From a virus: a DNA stretch of 64,000 nucleotides. The position numbers and the translations under genes were made by a program. Position 1 is the first letter of the stretch. The number at the start of each line of letters is the position of its first letter. Below the pieces are notes generated by a model. It did no database searches, was not told where the DNA came from, and saw nothing but the letters and a program-made list of their open reading frames with translations. Below are positions 1 to 9,748 of this stretch, piece after piece. The DNA lies in the IMG/VR virus record IMGVR_UViG_3300027859_000006, positions 44,152 through 108,151 of that record; one strand, written 5' to 3'.

Positions 1-341
1 ATAAATCTTCCAGACCTAGAGCGAAGTGCTTGAGCCGACTTGGTAACATTGATCCTTTTAGTTCTAGAGAAACCTTTTATCTTGTTACCTGTGCTGTCAC
101 CTACTATAGTAGATACAATACCATCGACTTCAGATTCTAATACCTCTATAGCAGCATCTATAATTTGCTCTATACTTTTCTCCGAGGTTTCTATTCCTCT
201 AGAGTCCAATGTATAAGCTAAATCTGCTCCACGCTCTACTAACATTTCCCTGTATTCTTGAACTCGTCCTAAAGCTATAGAATCTAAGAGTTTAGCTTCT
301 ACTAATTTTCGATATTCTAAATCTAGGAAACTGGTAAACAT
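1..341 (-). CDS. Tail completion protein (partial, runs off window)
   Basis: ATG at 341 overlaps the head-completion stop; open to window edge (MFTSFLDLEYRK...LRSRSGRF); T5 synteny. Confidence 0.55.
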   Translation of the reverse strand, partial: MFTSFLDLEYRKLVEAKLLDSIALGRVQEYREMLVERGADLAYTLDSRGIETSEKSIEQIIDAAIEVLESEVDGIVSTIVGDSTGNKIKGFSRTKRINVTKSAQALRSRSGRF

Positions 342-883
342 TATAACACCCTGAACATATCTAATATAGTTCTAATGTGACTTGGTAAAATACTAGCATC
401 AGTAAAGTCTACTGACTGTCCGTTACCTATATCTTTAGACTTATTAAATTCCCTTTTATCGTAGTAAGTTGTTAGCTCTACTGCCGCTTGTTTAAGTGCA
501 AAAGGCACTACAGTATACCCGTAGGTATAGTCAACAATAAATGCTCTAGGATTTCTAGGTAGGTTTATTGAAGGGTCGATTAGTTCTATCGTGCCCTCTT
601 GAGGGTGCAGAATGTATTGGGAAGAATCAAGCTCTTCGGTATACTCAGATGACCTTTTAATCCCTAAATACTCTACACTTATGATAGGAGTATCTGGTAA
701 TATGATGTAGTAATTGCTTTGGTTTAGTCGTACTCCGGTAGCTACCGAACCGCTAAAACTAACTTGACAGTATTCTTCTATAATACTATTAACAGCATCA
801 ATTAAAGGCTGGAGCTGAGTATCTTGTTTAGGATTGTTTATACCCTTAAATAATTTGTATTCGTTTAGAGTTATAACACTCAT
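341..883 (-). CDS. Head completion / head-tail connector protein
   Basis: ITLNEYK...IIEEYC and YTYGY..VP.ALKQA motifs; follows capsid gene as in T5; start moved to MSVITL downstream of the terminator. Confidence 0.8.
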   Translation of the reverse strand: MSVITLNEYKLFKGINNPKQDTQLQPLIDAVNSIIEEYCQVSFSGSVATGVRLNQSNYYIILPDTPIISVEYLGIKRSSEYTEELDSSQYILHPQEGTIELIDPSINLPRNPRAFIVDYTYGYTVVPFALKQAAVELTTYYDKREFNKSKDIGNGQSVDFTDASILPSHIRTILDMFRVL

Positions 884-896
884 ATTTGCTCCCAAT

Positions 897-927
897 AAAA
901 AAGCCCCACCCAAAGGTGGGCAGGGCT
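897..927 (-). terminator. Rho-independent terminator after capsid gene
   Basis: GC hairpin followed by U-run on minus strand. Confidence 0.7.
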
Positions 928-947
928 TCTGTTTTAAGTATTATCTA

Positions 948-2885
948 TTACGCCGCTGCGTAAGTAACTGCAACAACACCTTTGTCTTGTCCGTCAGTGT
1001 CACGGATTAGAGACTCTAGGTTTAGACGTTGTGTAGCAACGATAACACGACGATCTTTCTCTACGTCGAAGTCAGTACGTACTGTAACTGTACGCTGAGT
1101 TGGAACTAGGAAGTTCTTAGTGTTAACTAGTACTGCGTATGCTTTTGAAAGCCCTGGAGCTTCGAAATGGTCAGATACTAGAACTGGCATACCGTAGATA
1201 GAACCTACTTGACCAGATAGCTTAGTAGCTGCCCCACCTACTAGGTTAACATCAGCCCATGCGTCGTCTTCGATTAGCGCGTAGTAAGCCTCTGTAGAAA
1301 CTACTAGAGTAACATCACGTACGTTTAGACCGTAAAGCTTCATTTTCTTACGAGCTTTAAGAATCATTTTAGCTGTGATTGGAATGTTACCGTTAGCTGT
1401 CGCTGTAGATGTTTCAACACCACCAGCTTTGTTAGTGTCGCTAGAAGCTTCAGCAGCTGTAGCACGTGGAACTAGACCCTTAGGCTCTGTAGTACCATTA
1501 CCTAGTAAGAATGCACGGTCGATTTCGTTAGCGTGAGACTCAACTAAGTGTTGACGAATTAGAGGTAGAAGAGGTATGATAGCATCTTCTGATGTTTCGT
1601 CAGTGATGTAGCTCTTAGCAGCAAGCTTCATTGTTTTAAGCGTGATTTCGCTTAGAGCTGCTGTGATCTCGCTACCAGTACTTGCGTCAGTACCGTAAGC
1701 TGTACCAGATACCCATGAAGCGTTCTTACGGTCAGGGTTTACTGGGATAGTTAGGTTAGCAGACGTCATTGTAATGTCGCGGAAAAGTGGAGCGATAACA
1801 AGTTCTGCTTGAATGTCGCGGATTAGGTCAGTAGAGAACACTGTCTCGTACGCTTCGCTAGAAACTTCGATTGAAGAAGAATCGTTAACCGCTTTAACTG
1901 ATTCACCGAATTTAGTACCAAAAGTACCTTTCTGTGTAACGATACCTAGTAATACTGCGTCATTAACAGACTTACGAGTATCGGGGTTCATTCCGTCAGT
2001 TACTTTGTTATAAGAGAACGACTTAGTACGAGATGCAACTACTTGCTTGATTTCTTCACGTAGTGCTTCGATTTCGTCTTCGCGAGCTTTAAGAGTATCT
2101 GCGAAACTCTTTTGGTTGCTAGCAATTTTGCCTTCAAGCTCGTCTACGATAGACTTAGCAGCTTCACGAGCTTGAGTTTTAATTTCTTCCGCTTGCTTAG
2201 CAGCTGCGGCTTTAGCAGCGGCTTCTTTAGCCTTTGCGTCAGCTTCTTTTTGGCGTTCTTTATCTAATAGGCCCATAACGTCGTCTAGGGTTAAGCCTGT
2301 ATTTTCATTTTTTGTTGACATATCTTGGATTTCCTTAATATCTGTATTTTCAGCCTCTTCAGCAGGAGGCACGAATTCTTTTTTAAATGCCTCTGCGTCA
2401 ACTAGTGACTTAGAGACCGAAAATGTAGAGTCTTGGTTGCAAGGAACGGAAACTACCGAAACCTCTAGTAACTCTAGGTCTGTAATCATATAAGTGTCTG
2501 TTTTACTATGATACTCAGCATCATGGATGTAAAAACCTACACTAAATGTGGACAATACGCCATCCTTAATAAGATGGTATACGTCTCCAGCTCCCTTGCT
2601 AATCTTAGCTTCGATGAAAAGTCCATTATCATCTGCGTACCAGTTAGTAGCTTTACCGATTGGCTTGCTATGGTCGTGGAAGGCTAAAATTATTGGGTTC
2701 TTTGAATAGTTGCTAGTAGCATTGCTTTTTAACCAAGTGTCCTTTGGTATAACATCGCCAGCTCGGTCCTTTGTGACCGTATTGGCGTAGCCACTAATTA
2801 TAATATCAGAAGACTCGTCGTCAGCCATCTTAACTGTTTTAATCTGGCTGACAATTTTACCTTCGTATTTATTCTTTAGAGTCAT
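948..2885 (-). CDS. Prohead protease (HK97-type) fused in frame to major capsid protein; internal capsid start at 2321
   Basis: N-terminal GYANT..DRAGD, HDH, FSVGF, LLEVSVVSVPCN; C-terminal 457 aa T5-pb8-like capsid with coiled-coil delta domain; AAGGA RBS before Met189. Confidence 0.92.
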   Translation of the reverse strand: MTLKNKYEGKIVSQIKTVKMADDESSDIIISGYANTVTKDRAGDVIPKDTWLKSNATSNYSKNPIILAFHDHSKPIGKATNWYADDNGLFIEAKISKGAGDVYHLIKDGVLSTFSVGFYIHDAEYHSKTDTYMITDLELLEVSVVSVPCNQDSTFSVSKSLVDAEAFKKEFVPPAEEAENTDIKEIQDMSTKNENTGLTLDDVMGLLDKERQKEADAKAKEAAAKAAAAKQAEEIKTQAREAAKSIVDELEGKIASNQKSFADTLKAREDEIEALREEIKQVVASRTKSFSYNKVTDGMNPDTRKSVNDAVLLGIVTQKGTFGTKFGESVKAVNDSSSIEVSSEAYETVFSTDLIRDIQAELVIAPLFRDITMTSANLTIPVNPDRKNASWVSGTAYGTDASTGSEITAALSEITLKTMKLAAKSYITDETSEDAIIPLLPLIRQHLVESHANEIDRAFLLGNGTTEPKGLVPRATAAEASSDTNKAGGVETSTATANGNIPITAKMILKARKKMKLYGLNVRDVTLVVSTEAYYALIEDDAWADVNLVGGAATKLSGQVGSIYGMPVLVSDHFEAPGLSKAYAVLVNTKNFLVPTQRTVTVRTDFDVEKDRRVIVATQRLNLESLIRDTDGQDKGVVAVTYAAA

Positions 2886-3102
2886 TAGCTTGGTTACCTG
2901 ATTTTACCGCCGGTGCTTTCTTAGCAGGAGATTTTGTTTCTTCTCCAGCTAGTGCATCTTGGTAACGAACAACGAAGTTGTCCCACGTACCGTACTCTTT
3001 AGAAATATCAGCCACTAGGCATGGTGCTTCTGGATCGTTGCGGAACGCTGTTTTACCTGGCAGGTCTTTGCCGTAATGTTTCATTATTTTCTCTAGTAAC
3101 AT
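2869..3102 (-). CDS. Small hypothetical protein at the T5 head-decoration gene position
   Basis: Coupled to portal and protease genes. Confidence 0.6.
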   Translation of the reverse strand: MLLEKIMKHYGKDLPGKTAFRNDPEAPCLVADISKEYGTWDNFVVRYQDALAGEETKSPAKKAPAVKSGNQANDSKE

Positions 3103-4313
3103 TATTTGTCATCTTCGTTTGTTGAAGGCTTGCCGCCTTCCTGACCTGATACTCCGGTAGCAGAACCTGCAACGTTTGCAGGAATTCTGATTTCGTCTAG
3201 TAATGGGTCTTCTAAAGGTTCTAGTCTTAGTATTGAACGAGCTTCTTTGCCCAGCATAATACCATTGTTGACTAGAGATGAAAGTCTGTCTGACTCTGCT
3301 TTTAAGTCTGGTCTTAGAGCGACCACTTTATGAGTAGTTAACTCAATATCATAAGCAAAGAAAAACTCAAATGCAGACTCAAATTTTCTCATCATCGGAA
3401 GAATGGTAGTGGAGAATAACAACTCCATATTCGGCCTAAGGTTAGCATTATTACCAGAATCTAGTAGTATATGAGGTATACCCAGTGCTAAGGCTATTCG
3501 TTTTTCCATCGCTTCCATGGATTCGTTAAAGTCTAAATCTCTAAAGCTATTTGTATTTAGTGACTTAGCCTTCATTCCAGCATCAAGAATCATAGGTCTA
3601 CCCTGCGAGTCTTTAGGGTTAAACTTAGACATCCACTCTTTTTCGCGTCTATCTTTTAATCTGGTAGATAGTACTGCTTCAGTCTCTACGACTAGGCCAA
3701 TCATTGTACCATTTTCGTAGAATCTAGCCTGAAAATCTAGAGCGGTTTCGTGTGTAAGGATTGTCTTGATAGCTGCTAGTAATCTTGAACGTCCCCTGAA
3801 GTTTCGGTACTCGGAACTTGAGGAATTGTCTCTGATGTGTATGATTTCATTAGGTTTAAACTTAACAATAGAATTATAAACATACTCGCTAACGTACGCC
3901 TTTTCATCAGTTTTAATCTCCATGTGTCTTGCAGGTACATGGTAGAAGCCTGAACCGTCAAAGTGAACAAAAACGTTACCCTCGATAATCATGTCTAGAA
4001 GTAATAGCCTTTTAAACGTATTGATATCCATGTATGGGTTAGGTCTGTTGTTCATTAAAGTACTGAGCGTTTTGCCGCGCATGTTACCATCAGCTCTAGC
4101 CGTGAAACTAAGTTTGTCTTTTACATCAAACTCAATATCCGAACCTAAGTCTACTAGAAGGTTAACGCAGCGGTTAACAATTTCCATTAGGTTGTACGCG
4201 TTTTCAGTTGTTCTAATTTTGTTCTGGTTTGTCCCAACGTGTGTACCCGCCTCTTCAGCTATGTACCTTTGGGCGGGGTTTGCTTTAGAATGAATTTTGC
4301 TTCGTAAGCTCAC
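3102..4313 (-). CDS. Portal protein
   Basis: 403 aa; RPNPY, EIIHIRD, IALALGIP HK97-portal motifs; T5 synteny. Confidence 0.93.
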   Translation of the reverse strand: MSLRSKIHSKANPAQRYIAEEAGTHVGTNQNKIRTTENAYNLMEIVNRCVNLLVDLGSDIEFDVKDKLSFTARADGNMRGKTLSTLMNNRPNPYMDINTFKRLLLLDMIIEGNVFVHFDGSGFYHVPARHMEIKTDEKAYVSEYVYNSIVKFKPNEIIHIRDNSSSSEYRNFRGRSRLLAAIKTILTHETALDFQARFYENGTMIGLVVETEAVLSTRLKDRREKEWMSKFNPKDSQGRPMILDAGMKAKSLNTNSFRDLDFNESMEAMEKRIALALGIPHILLDSGNNANLRPNMELLFSTTILPMMRKFESAFEFFFAYDIELTTHKVVALRPDLKAESDRLSSLVNNGIMLGKEARSILRLEPLEDPLLDEIRIPANVAGSATGVSGQEGGKPSTNEDDK

Positions 4314-4325
4314 TTAACGCTGTCC

Positions 4326-4736
4326 TCAAATCAAAGAGGCAAATCTACCTTTAGTAGTCTTGCCCTCTGCTTTGTCGCGCTGTTTTTCAACCCAACGCTC
4401 CTGTTTCTTAGCGGTGTGCAAAGGAGGCTCACGTCCATAGATAGAATGTAGTTTTCTATGATGCTCTTCGCAAAGAGTAACAGTGTAGTCTACAAGCTCA
4501 TACCAATACATCTTATAAAAGTCATCTCGCATTGCTCGGACTTCTTCATCTGTATCTACTGGAATATTATGCTCCTCTACGTAATTCTTGAAGAGGGTAG
4601 AAACCGTGGTATAGTGGTGTAATTCCAGTTTTTCTTCCGTACTACATATTGCACACTTACAGTCCTTTTTATAGTTGGACTTTATACCGTCTCTAATATG
4701 TTTTACGGCAACCCGCTTTTTGGTATTTGCTGCCAT
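4326..4736 (-). CDS. T5-type nicking (HNH) endonuclease
   Basis: CAIC...LELHH...TLCEEHHRKLHSIYG; between terminase and portal as in T5. Confidence 0.85.
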   Translation of the reverse strand: MAANTKKRVAVKHIRDGIKSNYKKDCKCAICSTEEKLELHHYTTVSTLFKNYVEEHNIPVDTDEEVRAMRDDFYKMYWYELVDYTVTLCEEHHRKLHSIYGREPPLHTAKKQERWVEKQRDKAEGKTTKGRFASLI

Positions 4737-4818
4737 AAATTTTTTCCTCCTAATCAATATAAGCTATTATAAACACTTTTATAAATTTGTAAAGTATTTA
4801 ATTTAGTCCTACTTCTGT

Positions 4819-6102
4819 CTATACAGTAAAGCTATATAAAGCATATCTCAACGCGTCAGCTATGTGCGAAAATGCATCATGGACAGGTTTAGGCTTTAGT
4901 AGCTCAGGACGAGGATCCCACCTATAGTTAGCAAGCATGTCTAGAGTATGTATACAAGACTTATCTACTATTAACTTTCCGTTGTCTACTAAGCTTTGAA
5001 CGTACGCTATACCATCCAGTACCGATTTTATGCTAGGGTTGGACGGGATATCATGTAACTCTGCTAAATCCTGCCTAAACTGCGCAGCGGCAGAGTCACA
5101 GAATACAAAGTCCGTATCATCACCCATCATTTTTCGTATGTGTTCTGCGTGTTGGTCTGTATTTCTTTGTGCTTCCAAGTACTCATCAACAAGATAAAAT
5201 ACCTTCTCATCGAAAGAATAGTAGAGCTTAACAACCGCAGTAGGGTCTTTATAACCAGCGTCAATACCCATAAGAGCATCGCAATCTTTAAAGTTACGTC
5301 CAGACAAGTCCTGAACATACTTATCGGCATCGAACCCTTCGTAGATTTGACCTTCGAACGTTGTAAAGTCCGCTTCATACTCTTGTCTAAACTCCGCATT
5401 AGACATTGAAAGCTTAGCTTCCTCAATGTCAGCCTCAGACGTTCTAGGGTTATCTCTCCATGTAGAGTGTATTGAAGCCCAGAAAGGGTACTTGTCGTCA
5501 TAACCACGCATGTAGAAGTCATGGAAGTAGTTAGTACCACGAGGTGTTGAAATAAATATAGCTTTAGAATTATCTTTGTCTAGAGTAGGACGTAACTGGA
5601 TGTTGAAAGCATCCACGCCTTTAGGGTCTAGCGCGGCTTCGTCAAATAGTATCAGGTCATAAGAACGACCTACACAAGAGTTAGCTTGAGATACAGAACC
5701 CAGCTTTATTAGAGAGCCATTCTCTAGTACAATCTCTTTATCCTTAGCATTTAGCTTTTCGGTTTTTATATCATGCTTCTTAATAAGCTTTAACTGCTCT
5801 GTCCATGAAATGTTAGATAGTGAGTAGTTAGGTGATATAATAAGTATTTGAGTGCCTGGCTCTAGAGCCTTTAGGAACGCTATGTGGTTAGCACTAAATG
5901 TCTTACCTGTACGTCTTGAAAGACACCCTACCACAAAACGGTGAGCAGGGTCATTGATAGCATTAATTAGTGCTATCTGAGGAGGTATTAACTCTACCCC
6001 CTCTAACTCGAAGAATTGGTCGACTGGAAGCTTTAGAAATCGTTTCTCTAAAGGAAAGTCTTGCAGCTCTTCAAAGTTAATACTGGCTCTAGATACTTGC
6101 AT
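4819..6102 (-). CDS. terL: Terminase large subunit
   Basis: SRRTGKT Walker A, LILFDEAA Walker B, ISTPRG, GIDAG and H.ADALRY nuclease motifs. Confidence 0.95.
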   Translation of the reverse strand: MQVSRASINFEELQDFPLEKRFLKLPVDQFFELEGVELIPPQIALINAINDPAHRFVVGCLSRRTGKTFSANHIAFLKALEPGTQILIISPNYSLSNISWTEQLKLIKKHDIKTEKLNAKDKEIVLENGSLIKLGSVSQANSCVGRSYDLILFDEAALDPKGVDAFNIQLRPTLDKDNSKAIFISTPRGTNYFHDFYMRGYDDKYPFWASIHSTWRDNPRTSEADIEEAKLSMSNAEFRQEYEADFTTFEGQIYEGFDADKYVQDLSGRNFKDCDALMGIDAGYKDPTAVVKLYYSFDEKVFYLVDEYLEAQRNTDQHAEHIRKMMGDDTDFVFCDSAAAQFRQDLAELHDIPSNPSIKSVLDGIAYVQSLVDNGKLIVDKSCIHTLDMLANYRWDPRPELLKPKPVHDAFSHIADALRYALYSFTV

Positions 6103-6593
6103 TAACTACTCCCTAACTTGCTAATTAGCTTGTCATACGAAGACTCTTCAATAACATAGTTGTTATACTGATTATTAGTCTGGTTCTTAATTTGAACTTC
6201 TTCTTTCTTACGCTCAAGTTCTAGAAGCTCTTTCTTAACCTTAGCCTCGAATTCAAGCTCTTTCATCTTCATAGCGTGCTGTGCTTGCAGCAGGTCTAGA
6301 ATATCTTTACTAGAGCCCATGTCGGTATCGTCCATTTCTTCTAGTTTCTTAGCAATAAGTTCATCCATGACTCTAGCCATCTTAAAGCGATTTCGGAATC
6401 CTGCTTCGTGATAAATTCTATCTACATATTCCTTGATCTCACGCTTATTTAATTCTGATTGTAAGTCCGCTACTGGAAGCCCTAGCTCTAGACTAGTCTT
6501 CTCTATATCGCCACCAGACATTATATATGCCTCGGCTACTTTTAACCCTTCCGGACTTAACTTTTCTGGGTCTATTAATTCTGTACTGCTCAT
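6102..6593 (-). CDS. terS: Terminase small subunit
   Basis: LSPEGLKVAEAY, GFRNR, SSKDILD; directly upstream of terL. Confidence 0.85.
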   Translation of the reverse strand: MSSTELIDPEKLSPEGLKVAEAYIMSGGDIEKTSLELGLPVADLQSELNKREIKEYVDRIYHEAGFRNRFKMARVMDELIAKKLEEMDDTDMGSSKDILDLLQAQHAMKMKELEFEAKVKKELLELERKKEEVQIKNQTNNQYNNYVIEESSYDKLISKLGSS

Positions 6594-6594
6594 G

Positions 6595-8577
6595 TTAATT
6601 TAATCCTATAAATGAAAAGGAGAAACCTGGAATAGTAATACTATTTTCTAGTCCTCCGCTACCGTTAAAGGAGAAGTACGTATAGTCGTACTCTATACCT
6701 ATAAGGGTGTCTGTAATTTTTACTAAATAAAAGGTACAACGTATAGTATACCAGGTATTCCAATAGGGGTCTCCACTAGGAAGCTCCTCTTTGTCAAATC
6801 TATATGTCTCAGAAGTGGAGTAGAAAGGTACTCTAGAAGAGAATGATGAAAATCCTATAATGCCTTTGTCTTGTGCATATAACTCTTCCCATGACTGTTG
6901 ATCGCTAGAGTAATCCCATTCCACGGGGGTAACTGAGTAACCCCAGCAGTCGGAGCTCCTAACCCCTTGGTTATCAAGTATTATTGTTAGGTCTGTCAAT
7001 ATACCTGTACCAGTAACAATACCTTCCCCTTGAGAATTAGTCTCATGAGACGGTATATTGAACGTATAAACAGGAGTAGTATGATCTGTGCTTTTGCCCA
7101 TATACCTCATACGAGTCCTTCCACGACCCGCGTTAAACCAAGTGTTACCGCCTCGTTTAATTATCCCCTTAGTCATTTCAATGTCCCATCCAGATCCGCC
7201 AGATCCGCCAAGAATTTGTACAGCATCACTAGGGTTCTGGCCGGAATACACCCCCAAGGGGTCTATCAGGCCGACTATTGGTATTATAGGATCGGATAGA
7301 TTCATACTGTTAACATACGAACCGTCGTTCACAATACCTGCATAGGCTAGGAACATACCTGAGAAATCTGCCCCATCTACTGTGAAGTTATCAGGGTCTA
7401 ATAGTATTCCAGATGCTCCGGTTTTAGCGGTTTCATAGTTTAAGTCTCTACCACTACTAACTACATTGAACTCGTATATCTCAACAGAGTTTATATCTTG
7501 AGGTGTCCTAATGTACGTGTCTCCTGAGGTGTAGTAAGCCCCTTCCGAACCGTAAGCGAAAGATCCGAGAGTATATTCAGCCTGAGCCAAGTTCTCGTTA
7601 CTAAAATTGATTTTTCTACTTATTACAGGCGCTCCACCTTTTCGGTTGCCCAGCTTATCTACAGTAACTACCATAGTTAGACGAGTAGAGCTAGGGGTAT
7701 AAGATACCAAATTTCCTGTAGTGCCGTCTAATGCGTCTGAGAATTTAAATAGCCTATTTACAAGCTCGTCAGTGTGCTCTGTTATTCTAATATATTTTAG
7801 GCATTTAATATAGTCAAACATACTATGCATGTAAGTATCATCTCCGTAGTCTACATTAATACCTACCCAATCCTGAAACCAGTCTGTCGCAGTCTTGCCT
7901 GACTCCACGGCGGGCGGAGCCGCCGGGACTACGTTAGGATTACATATATGAAGTATCTCATCTCCGGCCCGGTTTACACCAAGAAAGAAGTCGCACGGAG
8001 CCTCTGGCTCGGGTCTAGGGGGTGGAGGTGAAAGTAGGGACGCAGATACTGTGTTTGAGAAAGGCCCGTAAACTACGTCGCTGCCTGTGCCCTTCACCAT
8101 GCGGACTTTAAAACTACCCCCTTCCTCATGTATATAACTACTACCCGTGCCAGTAAATACCGTAGTACCGTTCCTTACGACTTCTACCCTTTCCCCAATA
8201 TCTGTGTTAGGGTTCCAATCTAGTAATACTCCGTCATACCTACTAGTAGCGGTCAGTACCCTAGTTTCAGGCTTCACGTGAAATATAATGTTTATGGTGT
8301 TACTAGGATATAAATTATCTGTTCTTAGCTGAGCTTTTGTAGCATTAGCTGGTGGTATTACCTTTAATGAATTGGAACTAGTAGAGGTATTAGCCGACTG
8401 CCAGTTTCCACCTACTAGCCAATATAAATGGTACATCCCTGGACTACTAGGCTCAGTCCATTGCAAGTTAGCATATTTATAAATAGGACTAGTAGAGTTT
8501 GATAAGTTTGTTACTTTTTTAGCAGGGTTGTCCGCCACAAAGTAGACGGATACCGTTCCAGTTGTATATGTAGCCAT
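6595..8577 (-). CDS. Receptor-binding protein (pb5-like) with N-terminal FN3/Ig-like extension
   Basis: T5 oad position; 660 aa beta-rich; Pro-rich linker followed by FFLGVN..ILHI resembling the pb5 N-terminus. Confidence 0.7.
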   Translation of the reverse strand: MATYTTGTVSVYFVADNPAKKVTNLSNSTSPIYKYANLQWTEPSSPGMYHLYWLVGGNWQSANTSTSSNSLKVIPPANATKAQLRTDNLYPSNTINIIFHVKPETRVLTATSRYDGVLLDWNPNTDIGERVEVVRNGTTVFTGTGSSYIHEEGGSFKVRMVKGTGSDVVYGPFSNTVSASLLSPPPPRPEPEAPCDFFLGVNRAGDEILHICNPNVVPAAPPAVESGKTATDWFQDWVGINVDYGDDTYMHSMFDYIKCLKYIRITEHTDELVNRLFKFSDALDGTTGNLVSYTPSSTRLTMVVTVDKLGNRKGGAPVISRKINFSNENLAQAEYTLGSFAYGSEGAYYTSGDTYIRTPQDINSVEIYEFNVVSSGRDLNYETAKTGASGILLDPDNFTVDGADFSGMFLAYAGIVNDGSYVNSMNLSDPIIPIVGLIDPLGVYSGQNPSDAVQILGGSGGSGWDIEMTKGIIKRGGNTWFNAGRGRTRMRYMGKSTDHTTPVYTFNIPSHETNSQGEGIVTGTGILTDLTIILDNQGVRSSDCWGYSVTPVEWDYSSDQQSWEELYAQDKGIIGFSSFSSRVPFYSTSETYRFDKEELPSGDPYWNTWYTIRCTFYLVKITDTLIGIEYDYTYFSFNGSGGLENSITIPGFSFSFIGLN

Positions 8578-8912
8578 TATAGTGGTTCCGTACCAGGGCC
8601 CCCAGGAGGAGTTCCGGCCTCTTCGTTGATTTCCATCTCAAAGTAATATTTATAGGTATTTTGATTAGTTACATTAGAATCTGTATAGATTATGTCACGT
8701 TGGATAAAAAACCCCTCGCCCCCGTCCGTTGGTAAGCTGTAATTTCCAGAAACTTTAGAGAAAGACCCATTGTTAGTAGACCTCATTACGTATCCGTATC
8801 CATCTTCTTTAAGTTGTATCCCAGACCCGCCAGAATTCACTCTAACATTTATAGATACTTCTACTGTAGCCCCTACTATTTCTGCGTTTATTGTACTGTT
8901 GTTAGTTGCCAT
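8577..8912 (-). CDS. Small FN3-like virion protein
   Basis: GGAGG RBS; Y.MRS...YTD.NV...TYKYY pattern; coupled to RBP. Confidence 0.55.
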   Translation of the reverse strand: MATNNSTINAEIVGATVEVSINVRVNSGGSGIQLKEDGYGYVMRSTNNGSFSKVSGNYSLPTDGGEGFFIQRDIIYTDSNVTNQNTYKYYFEMEINEEAGTPPGGPGTEPL

Positions 8913-9003
8913 GGTTTCCTCCTAATATTTAGTATTATACGGTAAGCTATGCAAATTTTCAATTGTATTATTTTTACCCACGGTCTAGTAATGCAATTTG
9001 CCC

Positions 9004-9177
9004 AGTGTTACACGTACGGGTATGGCCTGTACCAAGCCATTGAAGACGTGTCTGGAAACCGCCCTGTATAGTGTTTTGAGTAATATGCTAATTTTCTAAG
9101 TGTTACACGCGTCTAGTAGAATCAGCGCTGTATAGTGTTTCTATCAATATGCTAATTTTCTAAGTGTTACACACGTC
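9004..9177. repeat. Imperfect 64-bp-period direct repeat (CTGTATAGTGTTT..AATATGCTAATTTTCTAAGTGTTACAC) at the terminal-repeat boundary
   Basis: Copies start at 9064 and 9128; partial AGTGTTACACG at 9004. Confidence 0.85.
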
Positions 9178-9197
9178 TGGGGGCGACCCCGTATCTA

Positions 9198-9216
9198 AAT
9201 GAGAATAAGTCTCATT
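9198..9216. promoter_or_regulatory. Fur-box-like palindrome
   Basis: AATGAGAATAAGTCTCATT. Confidence 0.7.
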
Positions 9217-9269
9217 ACCGCCCCCTATGGGTATGGGATCACATACCTTAGCATGTGATCCCGATCCAA

Positions 9270-9653
9270 TTACTCGGTGTCGTCATCCGATCCGCTTTCT
9301 AGATCATCGATGATCGCCGCTTGTTGCTCAACAAATGCCGCTAGCGCTTCAAGTTCTCCCTTGTTCGCCTTTTCCAAGCTGTCAACCGTTAGACCTGTTG
9401 TTTCAGCGATTTGCTTAACAACTTCGATTTTACGCGTTGCGCTTGGGTTGCCCACCTTTGCCTTAGCTTCTGGCGAGATGTATTCGCCCATGCTAACCAA
9501 CTTCTGACGCGCGCTGTGTTCTGTTACGTCAGAGTCGTATGCAAGCGCTTTAAACGCTGCCGGTTCAAGCGCCTTGCCACCATTAGCTTTGATAGCTGCC
9601 GCGTATGCTGTGCTTAACTTCGCTGTGTTTTCTTCTGTCCAAACTTTAGCCAT
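9270..9653 (-). CDS. A2: A2 pre-early DNA-binding / second-step transfer protein
   Basis: WTEENTAK..SARQKLVS..Y..RK matches the T5 A2 pattern. Confidence 0.85.
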   Translation of the reverse strand: MAKVWTEENTAKLSTAYAAAIKANGGKALEPAAFKALAYDSDVTEHSARQKLVSMGEYISPEAKAKVGNPSATRKIEVVKQIAETTGLTVDSLEKANKGELEALAAFVEQQAAIIDDLESGSDDDTE

Positions 9654-9748
9654 GATTTGATCTCCTTAGATCGTAAATTAAATGTTGGTTTGTGTTTGCG
9701 GTCGTATTTTGCCCCGACCGCTTGAGCATTAAAACAAATTAAGAACGG

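Noticed and set aside
9004-9177. CRISPR-like array
   Set aside because: Only two full copies, no unique spacers of proper length, no cas genes.
9234-9270. CRP sites (TGTGA/TCACA halves)
   Set aside because: Each has only one good half-site; better explained as a hairpin after A2.
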